Below are positions 18,527 through 27,358 of a stretch of DNA of 64,000 bases, piece after piece. The stretch lies in the IMG/VR virus record IMGVR_UViG_3300017987_000047. One strand, 5' to 3'. Each line of letters begins with the position of its first letter. The stretch's first letter is position 1. The notes beneath the pieces were generated by a model, which saw only the letters and a list, made by a program, of their open reading frames with translations, had not been told where the DNA came from and did not search any database. This DNA is from a virus (lineage: Duplodnaviria; Heunggongvirae; Uroviricota; Caudoviricetes). Both the position numbers and the translations under genes were made by a program.

Positions 18527-18881
18527 GTTTTATAAGATTGATACGAAGATGCCTACTAATATTCAATTAGGGGTATCTCTACAGTCCGGGGGAGATCGGG
18601 TTCTCGTAAAATATCTAGGGTACTATAATGCTTTCCCGGATACTTTCAACAAAAAAAATACACTCCTCGGGCCACTCGTCCCAATCCACCCATCCCTTGT
18701 TTGGGAAGGGGGTTTTGTGCTTGCAGGATGTGGGATCTTTAAAGAAGTTCCGTATCAGTTCTTCTTAACATCCCCTGATCCTCTAATTAGAAGCCTCTCA
18801 CGACGATATAGGCAGGACCCACAAAGCTTTATCTTGGAGGCGAGGGGGTTTAAAAAGTATAGGGAGGGCCAGAAACCTTAA
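18519..18881 (+). CDS. hypothetical protein
   Basis: 120 aa. Confidence 0.4.
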   Translation: MVKFYKIDTKMPTNIQLGVSLQSGGDRVLVKYLGYYNAFPDTFNKKNTLLGPLVPIHPSLVWEGGFVLAGCGIFKEVPYQFFLTSPDPLIRSLSRRYRQDPQSFILEARGFKKYREGQKP

Positions 18882-18931
18882 AGGAAAGACCATAGAGGCC
18901 AGAAACATATAACTTTCACAAGGAGGAAATA

Positions 18932-19156
18932 ATGCGTATTTTTGCTAACGTTGTGCTTGGTCTAATTTCTGCCATACTAACTGCCTTAGTAGTTGGTGTT
19001 TTAGTTATGTTCCTCTGGAATGCATGCCTAGTTGGAACCGTCGCAGGAATTAAGATTATTGGTTTCTGGAAAGCATTCGGAATCAGCCTTCTGTGTAATC
19101 TACTTTTCAAAAATAGTCTTTCAGTGCGGGCAAGTTCCAAGGAAAGGCACGGCTAA
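18932..19156 (+). CDS. small membrane protein (2 TM)
   Basis: VVLGLISAILTALVVGVLVMFLW ... IIGFWKAFGISLLCNLLF. Confidence 0.45.
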   Translation: MRIFANVVLGLISAILTALVVGVLVMFLWNACLVGTVAGIKIIGFWKAFGISLLCNLLFKNSLSVRASSKERHG

Positions 19157-19332
19157 AAAGAAAATAAATTTCGAACATTTTTCCCAAGATTTCTTTTATA
19201 TATTAGGTACCAAAGGGGGGCAGCAAACGCCCACCAGTAATACCCGGTAGCCGGGATTAAAACTGAGGCATTGCTTGTTACGGCCATGTGCCGTACGGCA
19301 CTTTCTGGAGCCCAAAAGCTCCTGCCTCAGAT

Positions 19333-19417
19333 GGGTGCGTCGCTCAGTTCGGCCGAGAGCACTGGCCTTTTAAGCCAGCGGAGTAATCCCACGTAGGTTC
19401 GAATCCTACCGCACCCA
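19333..19417 (+). tRNA. tRNA with Lys-type anticodon loop CUUUUAA (UUU) but 14-nt variable arm; atypical
   Basis: Acceptor GGGTGCG/CGCACCC, D GCTC..GAGC, anticodon stem CTGGC/GCCAG, T-arm GTAGG-TTCGAAT-CCTAC; no CCA. Confidence 0.6.
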
Positions 19418-19567
19418 TGAGCGATAGTTTAATAGGTTGTGGTTCTAGCTTAACCAAAGCATTCGGCTTAATCCCGAAAGATTTGGGTTAGAGTCCCAAG
19501 ACCACAGTCCGCAAAATACCAGGCACTCGCCAGCCTGGAGATGCAGGTTCAAATCCTGCTCGCTCAA
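19418..19567 (+). ncRNA. ~150-nt tRNA-like element: 7-bp terminal stem TGAGCGA/TCGCTCA plus canonical T-arm, with inserted core containing an inner tRNA-like cloverleaf (19438..19507, anticodon loop CTTAATC, T-loop TTAGAGT)
   Basis: T-arm GCAGG-TTCAAAT-CCTGC at 3' end; no D-arm found for outer molecule. Confidence 0.3.
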
Positions 19568-19573
19568 GTGGTT

Positions 19574-19656
19574 GGGGGAGTGGTGGAATGGCAGACACTG
19601 GGGCCTTAAAAGCCCTTGACCGTACGGTCGTGTGGGTTCGAATCCCACCTCCCCTA
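19574..19656 (+). tRNA. tRNA-Leu (anticodon UAA), class II with long variable arm
   Basis: Acceptor GGGGGAG/CTCCCCT, anticodon stem GGGGC/GCCCT loop CTTAAAA, variable stem GACC-gtac-GGTC, T-arm GTGGG-TTCGAAT-CCCAC. Confidence 0.75.
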
Positions 19657-20033
19657 CTTCTTTGAGAGGTTACGGGACCAGGCTAAGAACCCGTTAACCG
19701 GCCGTAGTATTTTCGTCTGGGAGAATGCTACTGGGTCTGGCCCAGCCGAGAATGGGCTATCAAAATTTGATCTGCTGCGGTGGTCCCTACCACTGTCGGT
19801 TTGGGTGGTCACTACCACTTGGTTGCTACCTCTAGGTTGGAAAGGGTAGAGCAGTTCAATGAAACGCGGTGGCCTGCTTACGGAGTGCCAAACGTCGATG
19901 GCAATGACGTAAAAAACACCATTATAGCGAGACTGGGCCTAAGCTGGATAATGAGGTCGCTATAACGTGGGTACTACGTGAGTGTACCTAGGACCAATGG
20001 TTCCCGACATTGGACACCGAAACAAGCGGGAAA

Positions 20034-20106
20034 GGGCCGGTAGCTCAATGGTTAGAGCAGTTGACTCATAATCAATTGGCTGGGGGTTCGAATCCCTCTC
20101 GGCCCA
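20034..20106 (+). tRNA. tRNA-Met/Ile2 (anticodon CAU), elongator-type
   Basis: GGGCCGG-TA-GCTC-AATGGTTA-GAGC-A-GTTGA-CTCATAA-TCAAT-TGGCT-GGGGG-TTCGAAT-CCCTC-TCGGCCC-A. Confidence 0.75.
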
Positions 20107-20108
20107 TC

Positions 20109-20257
20109 GCGCCTGTGGACTGCTGGAAGTCCTTGCCGCTGTCTCGCGCAAAGGCAGCGGACAAACTAGAAATCAATGGATTATCGCGCTTTCCTTAGGT
20201 TTCTGGGGGAAACTTACAATAGTAGGTTGGCGCAGGTTCAATTCCTGCCTGGCGCGC
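20109..20257 (+). ncRNA. second ~149-nt tRNA-like element (terminal stem GCGCCTG/CTGGCGC, T-arm GCAGG-TTCAATT-CCTGC) with structured insert
   Basis: Same T-arm as 19418..19567; internal hairpins GGACT-gctggaa-AGTCC and GCCGCTG...CAGCGGC. Confidence 0.3.
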
Positions 20258-20260
20258 TTG

Positions 20261-20297
20261 AAAAGGGAGGAGCTAATCGCGGCTCCTCCCTTTTTTT
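20261..20297 (+). terminator. rho-independent terminator closing the tRNA/ncRNA array
   Basis: GGGAGGAGC-taatcgcg-GCTCCTCCC then TTTTTTT. Confidence 0.65.
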
Positions 20298-20360
20298 CAC
20301 TAAAAAACATAATGTCAAAATACGAAGTTTCTAAAAATCTATCGAAATTCTATAAAAATT

Positions 20361-20380
20361 CCCAATATAATTAAGGTAGG
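20361..20380 (+). promoter_or_regulatory. promoter-like motif CCCAATATAATTAAGGTAGG
   Basis: Variant of conserved motif, 35 nt upstream of ATG 20415. Confidence 0.4.
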
Positions 20381-20414
20381 AACGCTTATTTTTCCTCCAC
20401 ACAAAGGAAATCAA

Positions 20415-20630
20415 ATGAACACCAACCGCACAATTTACCACGGGAACTGGGGGATTACTTTTCTTAAAGACGGGAACCGGGTAGGTACCTTCTATTTTCC
20501 TGTTGGCCCACAAGGACCTGTAGATCCTTCGTATAATGAAGTAAGGACGATGCGTAATTGTTGGCTGTTTAATGGGGAATTGCCCGATGACGTTGTTTTA
20601 CATGAAACATTGGAGATAAATAATGGATGA
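20415..20630 (+). CDS. hypothetical protein
   Basis: 71 aa. Confidence 0.4.
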   Translation: MNTNRTIYHGNWGITFLKDGNRVGTFYFPVGPQGPVDPSYNEVRTMRNCWLFNGELPDDVVLHETLEINNG

Positions 20631-21219
20631 GGCAGCAATCGCAAAAAAGTTGGTTGATACATTAAAGAAACTGGGATATACGGTTTCCTGTGCTGAATCC
20701 TGTACAGGGGGACTTGTTACCCATCTCATTACCAGGGTTTCTGGGGCTTCTGACTGCCTAAATGAAAGTATCATAACTTATAGCAACTTGGCAAAGGCCA
20801 AGTATTTAGACATCCCTCTGAAAGTTATCGAAGAATCTGGGGCTGTTTCCCAGACTGTGGCAGTTAAAATGGCCGAGGGCATTTGCAAAATCTCCAAAGC
20901 CAATGTAGGAATTGCTATAACTGGAATAGCTGGTCCAGGGGGAGGAACGGCCCTGAAGCCTGTGGGTACAGTTTGGTTAGGGGTTTGTGTTAACGGCAAA
21001 ACCTTGACAGCACTAGTACCCCCCGAACAGGGCTCAACGTACATACCGACAACTATTGATATGGAGGGCCAAAAGAAGACATCGGGGGTATTTCAACCCA
21101 TAAAGAAAGGCATGGGGCGCACTGCTATCCAGAAGGCATCCGCATATAACGCTTTGTCTCTGGCCCTTCTCGCACTATCTGAAGAAAACCTAAATAAAGG
21201 AGAAACATGTTCAAACTAA
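20623..21219 (+). CDS. CinA C-terminal domain protein (PncC-like NMN deamidase family)
   Basis: LGYTVSCAESCTGGLVTHLITRVSGASDCLNESIITYSNLAKAKYLDI matches CinA_C core. Confidence 0.7.
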   Translation: MDEAAIAKKLVDTLKKLGYTVSCAESCTGGLVTHLITRVSGASDCLNESIITYSNLAKAKYLDIPLKVIEESGAVSQTVAVKMAEGICKISKANVGIAITGIAGPGGGTALKPVGTVWLGVCVNGKTLTALVPPEQGSTYIPTTIDMEGQKKTSGVFQPIKKGMGRTAIQKASAYNALSLALLALSEENLNKGETCSN

Positions 21220-21458
21220 TACAATCCCTCTTTCGGAAGAACCAAAGCAAAAAGAATAAGGTTAGGTACACTATTTTTTCCTTTATCGAGGATGGCAGAA
21301 AAAGAACATTCGGCCTCACTCGGATACATGGGATGTCCCGCAAAGACACTTTGATTGAGGTTGAAGCAGCAGGCTTTCCACATATGCTCCACCTAAAGCC
21401 TGACGACCCTAAGGACATCGAACGTATTTGGGAAATTCTACACCGGCCCAAAAGCTAA
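21207..21458 (+). CDS. hypothetical protein
   Basis: 83 aa. Confidence 0.4.
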   Translation: MFKLIQSLFRKNQSKKNKVRYTIFSFIEDGRKRTFGLTRIHGMSRKDTLIEVEAAGFPHMLHLKPDDPKDIERIWEILHRPKS

Positions 21459-21484
21459 GGTATTTTCAATATCGGGAGGGAACT

Positions 21485-21919
21485 ATGTCTTTTGAGGGGT
21501 ATGATCAAATCCTATGCGTGAATGGGCATTATCACACGCAGGATGTTTATTGTTCTGGGGATCTCAGCAAATGGACCTGCTTTTGCGGGGGAAGGTGTGC
21601 TTGGTATAACGTAGTCGACGAAACAAACGGAACACATGACCCCGATACGGGGGAACGGATTGACAATTATATCGAATTAGAAGCCCAGGAGAAAAGCCGC
21701 CCGTGCAATAGCCTCGCCGAGAAAACACAGAAACAGCTTAGCAGCTTACCTGTGGGAGTTCTTAGTGTTGATGTTGCGCAGTTTCTCAAAGACCTCATAC
21801 AACCTTTGCTTCTCTCCACCTACGAGGAGGACTCGGAAAAGCCACAAGTTTTCAAGATACCCACGGGCAAAGGCCATAGAATAAGCGAACCATCCTTGAG
21901 ATGGCCTTCTTCCCCCTAA
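21485..21919 (+). CDS. hypothetical Cys/His-rich protein
   Basis: ATG 21485 with GGGAGGG RBS; CVNGHYH...CSGD...CFCGGRC. Confidence 0.45.
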   Translation: MSFEGYDQILCVNGHYHTQDVYCSGDLSKWTCFCGGRCAWYNVVDETNGTHDPDTGERIDNYIELEAQEKSRPCNSLAEKTQKQLSSLPVGVLSVDVAQFLKDLIQPLLLSTYEEDSEKPQVFKIPTGKGHRISEPSLRWPSSP

Positions 21920-21933
21920 CGAAGAGGTAAGCC

Positions 21934-22377
21934 ATGCACCGGAATTGCACACACGATTTCGCCTTTTTTGCCGCGCTCAAGCAGTACCTTGATTCCAGCC
22001 ACTGGTTCGAAGGAATGTTGGGCAACGGATGCCTTTCGGAAGGGAAGAAGAAAATTATTCGGGCACAGCTATTCCATTGGCTGGGTTTCGATAGCTCCTG
22101 GCTGGAGCTTGTTGCTGATACCCATCTCGGCTTAATTATTATCAAACAAGACGAAGAAGTACCCGACCATCTTCTTCTGCGCCTAAGTGCTCACTCAAGT
22201 CTGGAAGAAAACCCGGTGTGGCAGGAAGCATGGGAGGCCCTAAAGAGTGAGCTTGGGGCTCTTTTCCCTTATATGGAGGCCTCGATCCAAGATTTTAATC
22301 CGCTAGAACATGACTTCGAGACATATTGCGAAAAAGCGAGGAAGTTAACAAAAGGATGTCCGGCTAAGCAACAATAA
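21934..22377 (+). CDS. hypothetical protein
   Basis: 147 aa. Confidence 0.45.
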   Translation: MHRNCTHDFAFFAALKQYLDSSHWFEGMLGNGCLSEGKKKIIRAQLFHWLGFDSSWLELVADTHLGLIIIKQDEEVPDHLLLRLSAHSSLEENPVWQEAWEALKSELGALFPYMEASIQDFNPLEHDFETYCEKARKLTKGCPAKQQ

Positions 22378-22400
22378 CTGGTATTCCGGGCAAAAGAAAA

Positions 22401-22429
22401 GAGGGCAACTGCTGCCCTCTTTTCTTTTT
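22401..22429 (+). terminator. rho-independent terminator
   Basis: GAGGGCA-actgc-TGCCCTC-TTTTCTTTTT. Confidence 0.65.
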
Positions 22430-22500
22430 GTTACATCTCAATAAAGTCATGAAAATCAAAGTATTAGAAGAAGAAAGTTTTATCTTTTCAGGAGAAAAAA

Positions 22501-23373
22501 ATGGGCTGTATTGAAAAAATCTATAGTGTTTCTGCTCTTACAGGGAATGGGGCTTGTAACGCAAATTGTGCGTTTTGTGCCGGGAAGTATTTGAGGGAAG
22601 AAGCAAAAGCAAGCGATAAAAACTCTTATGATCGCCTGTTGGAAGCATCCATTAAACTTTCTGCGCGGTACGGTGGATGGTCTCTTTCCTTTACTTCAAG
22701 CGGCGAGCCTACCTGTGACCCAGAGGCTGTTACTTCTGCTTTACAAATCTATTCTAAGTGCGCAAAGGAAGGGGCATATTTCCCAAACGTTAATCTGTTC
22801 ACAAATGGTATTCTTTTCGGGGATACTCCTTTCTGCACGAAATACCTACCGCTTTGGAAAGAATTAGGGTTAAGCAATATTGTAGTTTCTGTTTTTGACG
22901 AAGACGAGAAAAACCAAGCAAAAGCGTATGGCTTAAAAACATACCCTGATTATACAAAGATTGTCGAAAACGCCCGAAAACATGGAATAGGAGTAAGAGC
23001 AACTTTATTGCTTGGAAAAGGTGGGGTTGAGAATGGTAAGAAGTACGAGCAAGCAGTAACCACTCTTATCTCAAAAGGAATTAAGAATATTACATCCTGG
23101 CCAGTTGGAAATCCCGATGGATCAAGGAATGAATTTACCCCATCCCGACTAGGGCTTCTAAGTATTCGATGGTGGCTTTTTAGAAATGCAAAGAAATGTC
23201 ATGGACATGTTTGGGGTGGTGGGGTTTATGATTATAAGGGTAGCATTTTAAGATATACAGATTATGTAACAAAGCATGACCCTAAGAAGGATTTTGTGCG
23301 CCAGCTTGTTGTTTTTCAAAATGATGTTGTGGCATATTCATGGATCAGGGAAGGCGCTCTATGTCTAAAGTAA
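22501..23373 (+). CDS. radical SAM domain protein
   Basis: CxxxCxxC = CNANCAFC; SSGEPT glycine-rich SAM motif. Confidence 0.7.
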   Translation: MGCIEKIYSVSALTGNGACNANCAFCAGKYLREEAKASDKNSYDRLLEASIKLSARYGGWSLSFTSSGEPTCDPEAVTSALQIYSKCAKEGAYFPNVNLFTNGILFGDTPFCTKYLPLWKELGLSNIVVSVFDEDEKNQAKAYGLKTYPDYTKIVENARKHGIGVRATLLLGKGGVENGKKYEQAVTTLISKGIKNITSWPVGNPDGSRNEFTPSRLGLLSIRWWLFRNAKKCHGHVWGGGVYDYKGSILRYTDYVTKHDPKKDFVRQLVVFQNDVVAYSWIREGALCLK

Positions 23374-24146
23374 CTAGCTTATCCCTTTTTGTAGGGACAG
23401 GAAAATGTAATGCGAAGTGTAAACACTGTGCCGGAGTGCCCCTTCGAGAATATGCTCCTAAGACAGATGGTGACGTTGACCTAGAACATCTTTTTCAAGT
23501 CCTACAAGAATGCGCCGCAAAAGGCGCTCACTATCTCTCAATAACTAGCAGTGGGGAACCGACGCTCTCCCCGGAGTCGTTAACTAAGGTTCTACAATTT
23601 ATTAAAGATAAGAAATTTAGGTTTTCGCCTATTAACCTTTACACTAATGGAATTCGAATCGGAGAAGACCTAGAATTTAGTAACCGTTTTCTACCTTTAT
23701 GGGCAAGTCTTGGGTTAACATCCCTATATGTCACCATTCACAGTATAGATGAAAAAGTGAATGCAAAAACATATGGGGTTGGGCAATACCCTCCCTTAAA
23801 ACTTATCTTAGAAAGAATACACCGAGCGGGATTATTGATGAGAGCGAATATTATGTTGCATAAAGCTGGGATTTTTTCTTTACAAGATTTTCAATTAACT
23901 ACCCAGCACCTACTTGCTCTTGGGGTTGACAAGATTTCTGCTTGGCCCATCAGGAATCTTAAGGATAAAGTTGACTTAGACTTAGCCCCTTCTATAAAGG
24001 TATTAGGCTCCATTGAATCCTGGATAAAGAAGCAGGATTTAGATGAAAGGATAAAACTTACCCAAGCAAAGGGAAAGAAGTCAAAGGTTGGGGGGAAACT
24101 TACTTTGTTTCCAAACGGAAAGCTTTCCAGTTCCTGGTGTAATTAG
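23340..24146 (+). CDS. radical SAM domain protein (paralog of upstream gene)
   Basis: CNAKCKHC, TSSGEPT, same NxYTNGI...FLPLW pattern as 22501..23373. Confidence 0.7.
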   Translation: MDQGRRSMSKVTSLSLFVGTGKCNAKCKHCAGVPLREYAPKTDGDVDLEHLFQVLQECAAKGAHYLSITSSGEPTLSPESLTKVLQFIKDKKFRFSPINLYTNGIRIGEDLEFSNRFLPLWASLGLTSLYVTIHSIDEKVNAKTYGVGQYPPLKLILERIHRAGLLMRANIMLHKAGIFSLQDFQLTTQHLLALGVDKISAWPIRNLKDKVDLDLAPSIKVLGSIESWIKKQDLDERIKLTQAKGKKSKVGGKLTLFPNGKLSSSWCN

Positions 24147-24277
24147 TCTAAAGGTCCTTCGAATATCCGGGGGGATTCTTTATATTTTAGGTATATAAAC
24201 AGCGAAATTTATTATTTAAGGGGGTTCATGCTGAGTTGAGCAGCAGGCTCTCCCCCATTCGGACAGGAGGACTCAAA

Positions 24278-24526
24278 ATGAAAGTGACAGAGGAACAAAT
24301 AAATAAATTAGATAAGCTTCAGGCACAAGAAAACGACGGGAGAGGGGTTAGCTGTGTTAGGTCAATTATATCTTGTCTTCGAAGGGGTCAATATAATGAC
24401 GGATTAGCAGGCTGTATTAATGAAAGCGATAAGATCCGAAGCTATCCGGAAATCTACGCCTTTATGGAAGAAATTTTTCCTGAATTCAAACAATTTAACG
24501 ATCGTTTGCGGACCCTCTTTGGTTAG
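24278..24526 (+). CDS. hypothetical small protein with Cys triad
   Basis: ATG 24278 with AGGAGG RBS; VSCVRSIISCLRR...GCINE. Confidence 0.45.
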   Translation: MKVTEEQINKLDKLQAQENDGRGVSCVRSIISCLRRGQYNDGLAGCINESDKIRSYPEIYAFMEEIFPEFKQFNDRLRTLFG

Positions 24527-24537
24527 GAGCCTTCACT

Positions 24538-25578
24538 TTGGATAATAGTTTACAGAAATCGTTCAATTTTAGTTTTTCTTTAGAAGAAATTGCAGAGCTT
24601 TTAAAGATTAAGTTTTTCGCGAAAAAACCAAAGAAAATCCACCTTTGGACCTTCCAGGAAAACCTTGAATTTTCTGCTCATGGAAATAGCTATACTGAAA
24701 ATTCAGAGATACTTGCAACGTTTCCAGCTATTGTTAAGATTGAGTTTGCCCGAAAAACGGATATTTGGTATTACCCGAATTTTACAGTCTACTGGGAATT
24801 AAACAAGGATCAAATAAAGATATCCAAATTTTATGAAGGGAATGGAGGAAAGCAAGGGAAAGAAAAACTTGCAAATTTTTTAACAGCGGGGGCTGAAGTC
24901 CGAGCTAGGACTAAGGAAGCCTTAGAAGAAAAGCCTTTTATTCTTGAGTGTAAAGAAGATGATTCTCTTCTTAGGAATAAAGACCAGTTCGTAACTGAGA
25001 TGCGAGCACATTACCCCGACCTAGAGTTTGACCTATATAAAGGAAATCTTGTAATTTCGGGCAAAGGGTTTTCTTTTGAAGACCGCTTCCGGTTAACTCG
25101 GAAGACTAGGATCAAGGCGGTAGCCGTAGAAAAATTTAAGGTGAAAATTAAGGTTGCAAGAGTTTTAGGAAATCTTGTTCCGGACGGCTACGCCTTAAAC
25201 CTTACTTCGCCTTTAGAGAGGGACGGGGGCGTTATTTTCTTTGGATTGAGGCTAGCCCTGGGCGAAAAATACAAGATACCAATGTATTTAACAGTGGCAC
25301 AAATTCGGGATGCCGCACTTTTCCCACATTATGTTTCAGAAAAGATTAAAGAAATAAAGAAAAGCATCCAAGTGCTTGATGAGATCGAGAATTACTTTAA
25401 GATTAGGGTAGCTCCTGGAGAGGGTTACCAAACAATAGAAATTGTATTTGTAATTTCGGGCCAAGAGGTTTTATTCAATCTTTCTCCCGAAGACTTTTTA
25501 CCTTGCCTTGAAGACATAAGAGATAGACTCAAAGGAGGAGAAAGTGTATCAGGTATCTTACAACATTACACCCAATAA
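24538..25578 (+). CDS. hypothetical protein; paralog of 44369..45277 and 62958..63950
   Basis: N-term EEIAELLKIKFFAKKPKKIHLW resembles EERLIEVLRKREIKAKPRKIKYW. Confidence 0.5.
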   Translation: MDNSLQKSFNFSFSLEEIAELLKIKFFAKKPKKIHLWTFQENLEFSAHGNSYTENSEILATFPAIVKIEFARKTDIWYYPNFTVYWELNKDQIKISKFYEGNGGKQGKEKLANFLTAGAEVRARTKEALEEKPFILECKEDDSLLRNKDQFVTEMRAHYPDLEFDLYKGNLVISGKGFSFEDRFRLTRKTRIKAVAVEKFKVKIKVARVLGNLVPDGYALNLTSPLERDGGVIFFGLRLALGEKYKIPMYLTVAQIRDAALFPHYVSEKIKEIKKSIQVLDEIENYFKIRVAPGEGYQTIEIVFVISGQEVLFNLSPEDFLPCLEDIRDRLKGGESVSGILQHYTQ

Positions 25579-25721
25579 TCTTGTGTGCTTTGGAATTATG
25601 GTTAAAAACTCGATCATTGTTGAGACCGCCCCGATTGGGAAATGGATGCGGGGGAAAAACATTGAGGGAATAAAGGGATGGGTTAAGAAAAAAGGTGGAC
25701 ATCTTATAAAGGTATTTTAAG

Positions 25722-26066
25722 ATGGATTTACGATTACATACCTTATATAGTGTTGGGGTTGAGAGTGAAGATGTATATTTTCCTTTCAACTTTTTCTATT
25801 TTCTAGACCTCGATCCCTTTGCAGAGTACAGAAAACATGGGGTTGTGCTTTTTTCTGAAGGAAGCTTTTTTATCTCAGATGCTGTTAAATACTACTACGG
25901 CGCCTTGAAAAATCCCTATCCTCATATACCATCGGCGAAGGTAAAGATAAAAGAAGTTCCTCTTGAAACATTACTCACTCACGAAGAACCGGGGTACAGG
26001 AAAAAAGGGAAAGAGCTTTTAACTATGAAAAGGTCGCAACGACCCATAATAACTGTTAAAAAATGA
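25722..26066 (+). CDS. LTH-tail family protein, degenerate tail (LLTHEEPGYRKKGKELL)
   Basis: 114 aa. Confidence 0.45.
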   Translation: MDLRLHTLYSVGVESEDVYFPFNFFYFLDLDPFAEYRKHGVVLFSEGSFFISDAVKYYYGALKNPYPHIPSAKVKIKEVPLETLLTHEEPGYRKKGKELLTMKRSQRPIITVKK

Positions 26067-26106
26067 CATAGAATTTATTTCTCACGGTGTTCCTTTGGTT
26101 TTCCCC

Positions 26107-26129
26107 ATATTTTAAATATAGGTACGACC
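26107..26129 (+). promoter_or_regulatory. promoter-like motif ATATTTTAAATATAGGTACGACC
   Basis: Near-identical to 43174..43200 (ATATTTTAAATATAGGAAGGTACC). Confidence 0.4.
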
Positions 26130-26159
26130 AATGCCCAAACAGCAAGGAAAGAAAGACTC

Positions 26160-26774
26160 ATGGGAAGCCTATTCTATAACATTGCAACAGCAAACCTTGA
26201 AGAAATCAAAGGTCTCCTAAAAGACTGTGGTGGGGAACAAGCCACCAAAGGAAAAATAGATCAAATGATTCAGCAGTTTTCTATCTCAAGAAAACTCATT
26301 CAAAAAGGAATAACTGTTGAGCGGCTAACCGAAATAATTGCAGCGTTGCGTTATATTCAAGCTGAAAGCCCTCTTTCGGCGAAAAAGAAAAAGAAGAAAG
26401 GGTCAAAGAGCCCTTATAAGCGTTTGAGGCGGCTTACTATAGAAGAGGTCCTTCCCCACATTGGGCAAGAGGGGAAAGTTGACTTTGAGGGGCATCTCGT
26501 TAAATGTAATTCGCGTAGGCTTGTAATATTCAAGGAATCCCTTGCTTGTACTACTTGCGGCTTAAAAGGGAGTTTCTTTGCTGTGGAGACTTTTAGAAGA
26601 GGCAATCAGCAGACGCCTCATTTGAACCTTTACGCTCTTAATGACAAGGGCAACGAAGTTTTGATGACAATCGATCATATAAAGCCGAAATCTCTGGGGG
26701 GCGGCGACGAGTTTGAAAACCTACAAACCATGTGCGCTCCTTGCAATTCGGCTAAAGGGTCGATTCCAGGGTAA
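26160..26774 (+). CDS. HNH endonuclease
   Basis: IDHIKPKSLGGGDEFENLQTMCAPCNSAKG. Confidence 0.75.
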   Translation: MGSLFYNIATANLEEIKGLLKDCGGEQATKGKIDQMIQQFSISRKLIQKGITVERLTEIIAALRYIQAESPLSAKKKKKKGSKSPYKRLRRLTIEEVLPHIGQEGKVDFEGHLVKCNSRRLVIFKESLACTTCGLKGSFFAVETFRRGNQQTPHLNLYALNDKGNEVLMTIDHIKPKSLGGGDEFENLQTMCAPCNSAKGSIPG

Positions 26775-26786
26775 CAGCAAGTAAGA

Positions 26787-26810
26787 GAGACCATCATGGG
26801 AAAATACCAT
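26787..26810 (+). repeat. 24-nt 5' gene-start repeat GAGACCATCATGGGAAAATACCAT (copy 1)
   Basis: Second copy GAGGCCATCATGGGAAAATACCAT at 27335..27358; both encode MGKYH. Confidence 0.5.
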
Positions 26811-27332
26811 AACCGGCGGAACCTCTGGGCGAATGATAGGGCACTCGTAGCTGCCGTGAAGGCTGGAACAGCTGGCGCTGCCGAAACTTTTGTTGCTCGG
26901 TTTCAATCATTGCTGTTCGCTGCTACACTTCGACAGCCCACCCTCTCAGGCCAAGCAGAGGATCTAGTACAAAAAACCTTTCTAACCGCTTTTGCTTCCT
27001 TAGGAAAGCTGCGGAAGACCACTTCAGTGTGTACGTGGATACTTGGAATCCTACGGAATCACATTCGCGCCACCCGAAAAGGGGGACCCAAGGAAACTGG
27101 AACAATAGCACGTATACTCTGCAACTTGCCCGACCCACACCGAAGCGTCCTCACATTGCGGTATCTGTGGGGGCTCGGAAATCTGGAGATTTCCCGAGAG
27201 GTGGGGTTGAAGGTTAAAGCAGTTGAGACAATCATACACCGAACCCGAAAGGTATTTGGGCAAACTGCCGAACCAAAGCTCAAGGATCTTTTGGATTCGT
27301 TTCCTACCCTATCAAAGCGGGATATAATTTAA
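26796..27332 (+). CDS. ECF-type RNA polymerase sigma factor
   Basis: Region 2-like LVQKTFLTAF...WILGILRN and region 4 LTLRYLWGLGNLEISREVGLKVKAVETIIHRTRK. Confidence 0.6.
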   Translation: MGKYHNRRNLWANDRALVAAVKAGTAGAAETFVARFQSLLFAATLRQPTLSGQAEDLVQKTFLTAFASLGKLRKTTSVCTWILGILRNHIRATRKGGPKETGTIARILCNLPDPHRSVLTLRYLWGLGNLEISREVGLKVKAVETIIHRTRKVFGQTAEPKLKDLLDSFPTLSKRDII

Positions 27333-27334
27333 AA

Positions 27335-27358
27335 GAGGCCATCATGGGAAAATACCAT
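27335..27358 (+). repeat. 24-nt 5' gene-start repeat (copy 2)
   Basis: See 26787..26810. Confidence 0.5.

Noticed and set aside
19657-20033. Additional tRNAs in the spacer of the tRNA array
   Set aside because: No GTTCRANYC T-loop or D-arm consensus is present. Only hairpins and 16-nt near-repeats are seen.
20109-20257. Possible tmRNA: tRNA-like ends plus an internal reading frame …AKAADKLEINGLSRFP*
   Set aside because: The 5' end is not the conserved GGGG…G tmRNA acceptor. The length (~150 nt) is less than half a bacterial tmRNA. The peptide does not end in a typical hydrophobic ALAA-like degron. It is kept only as an unclassified tRNA-like element.
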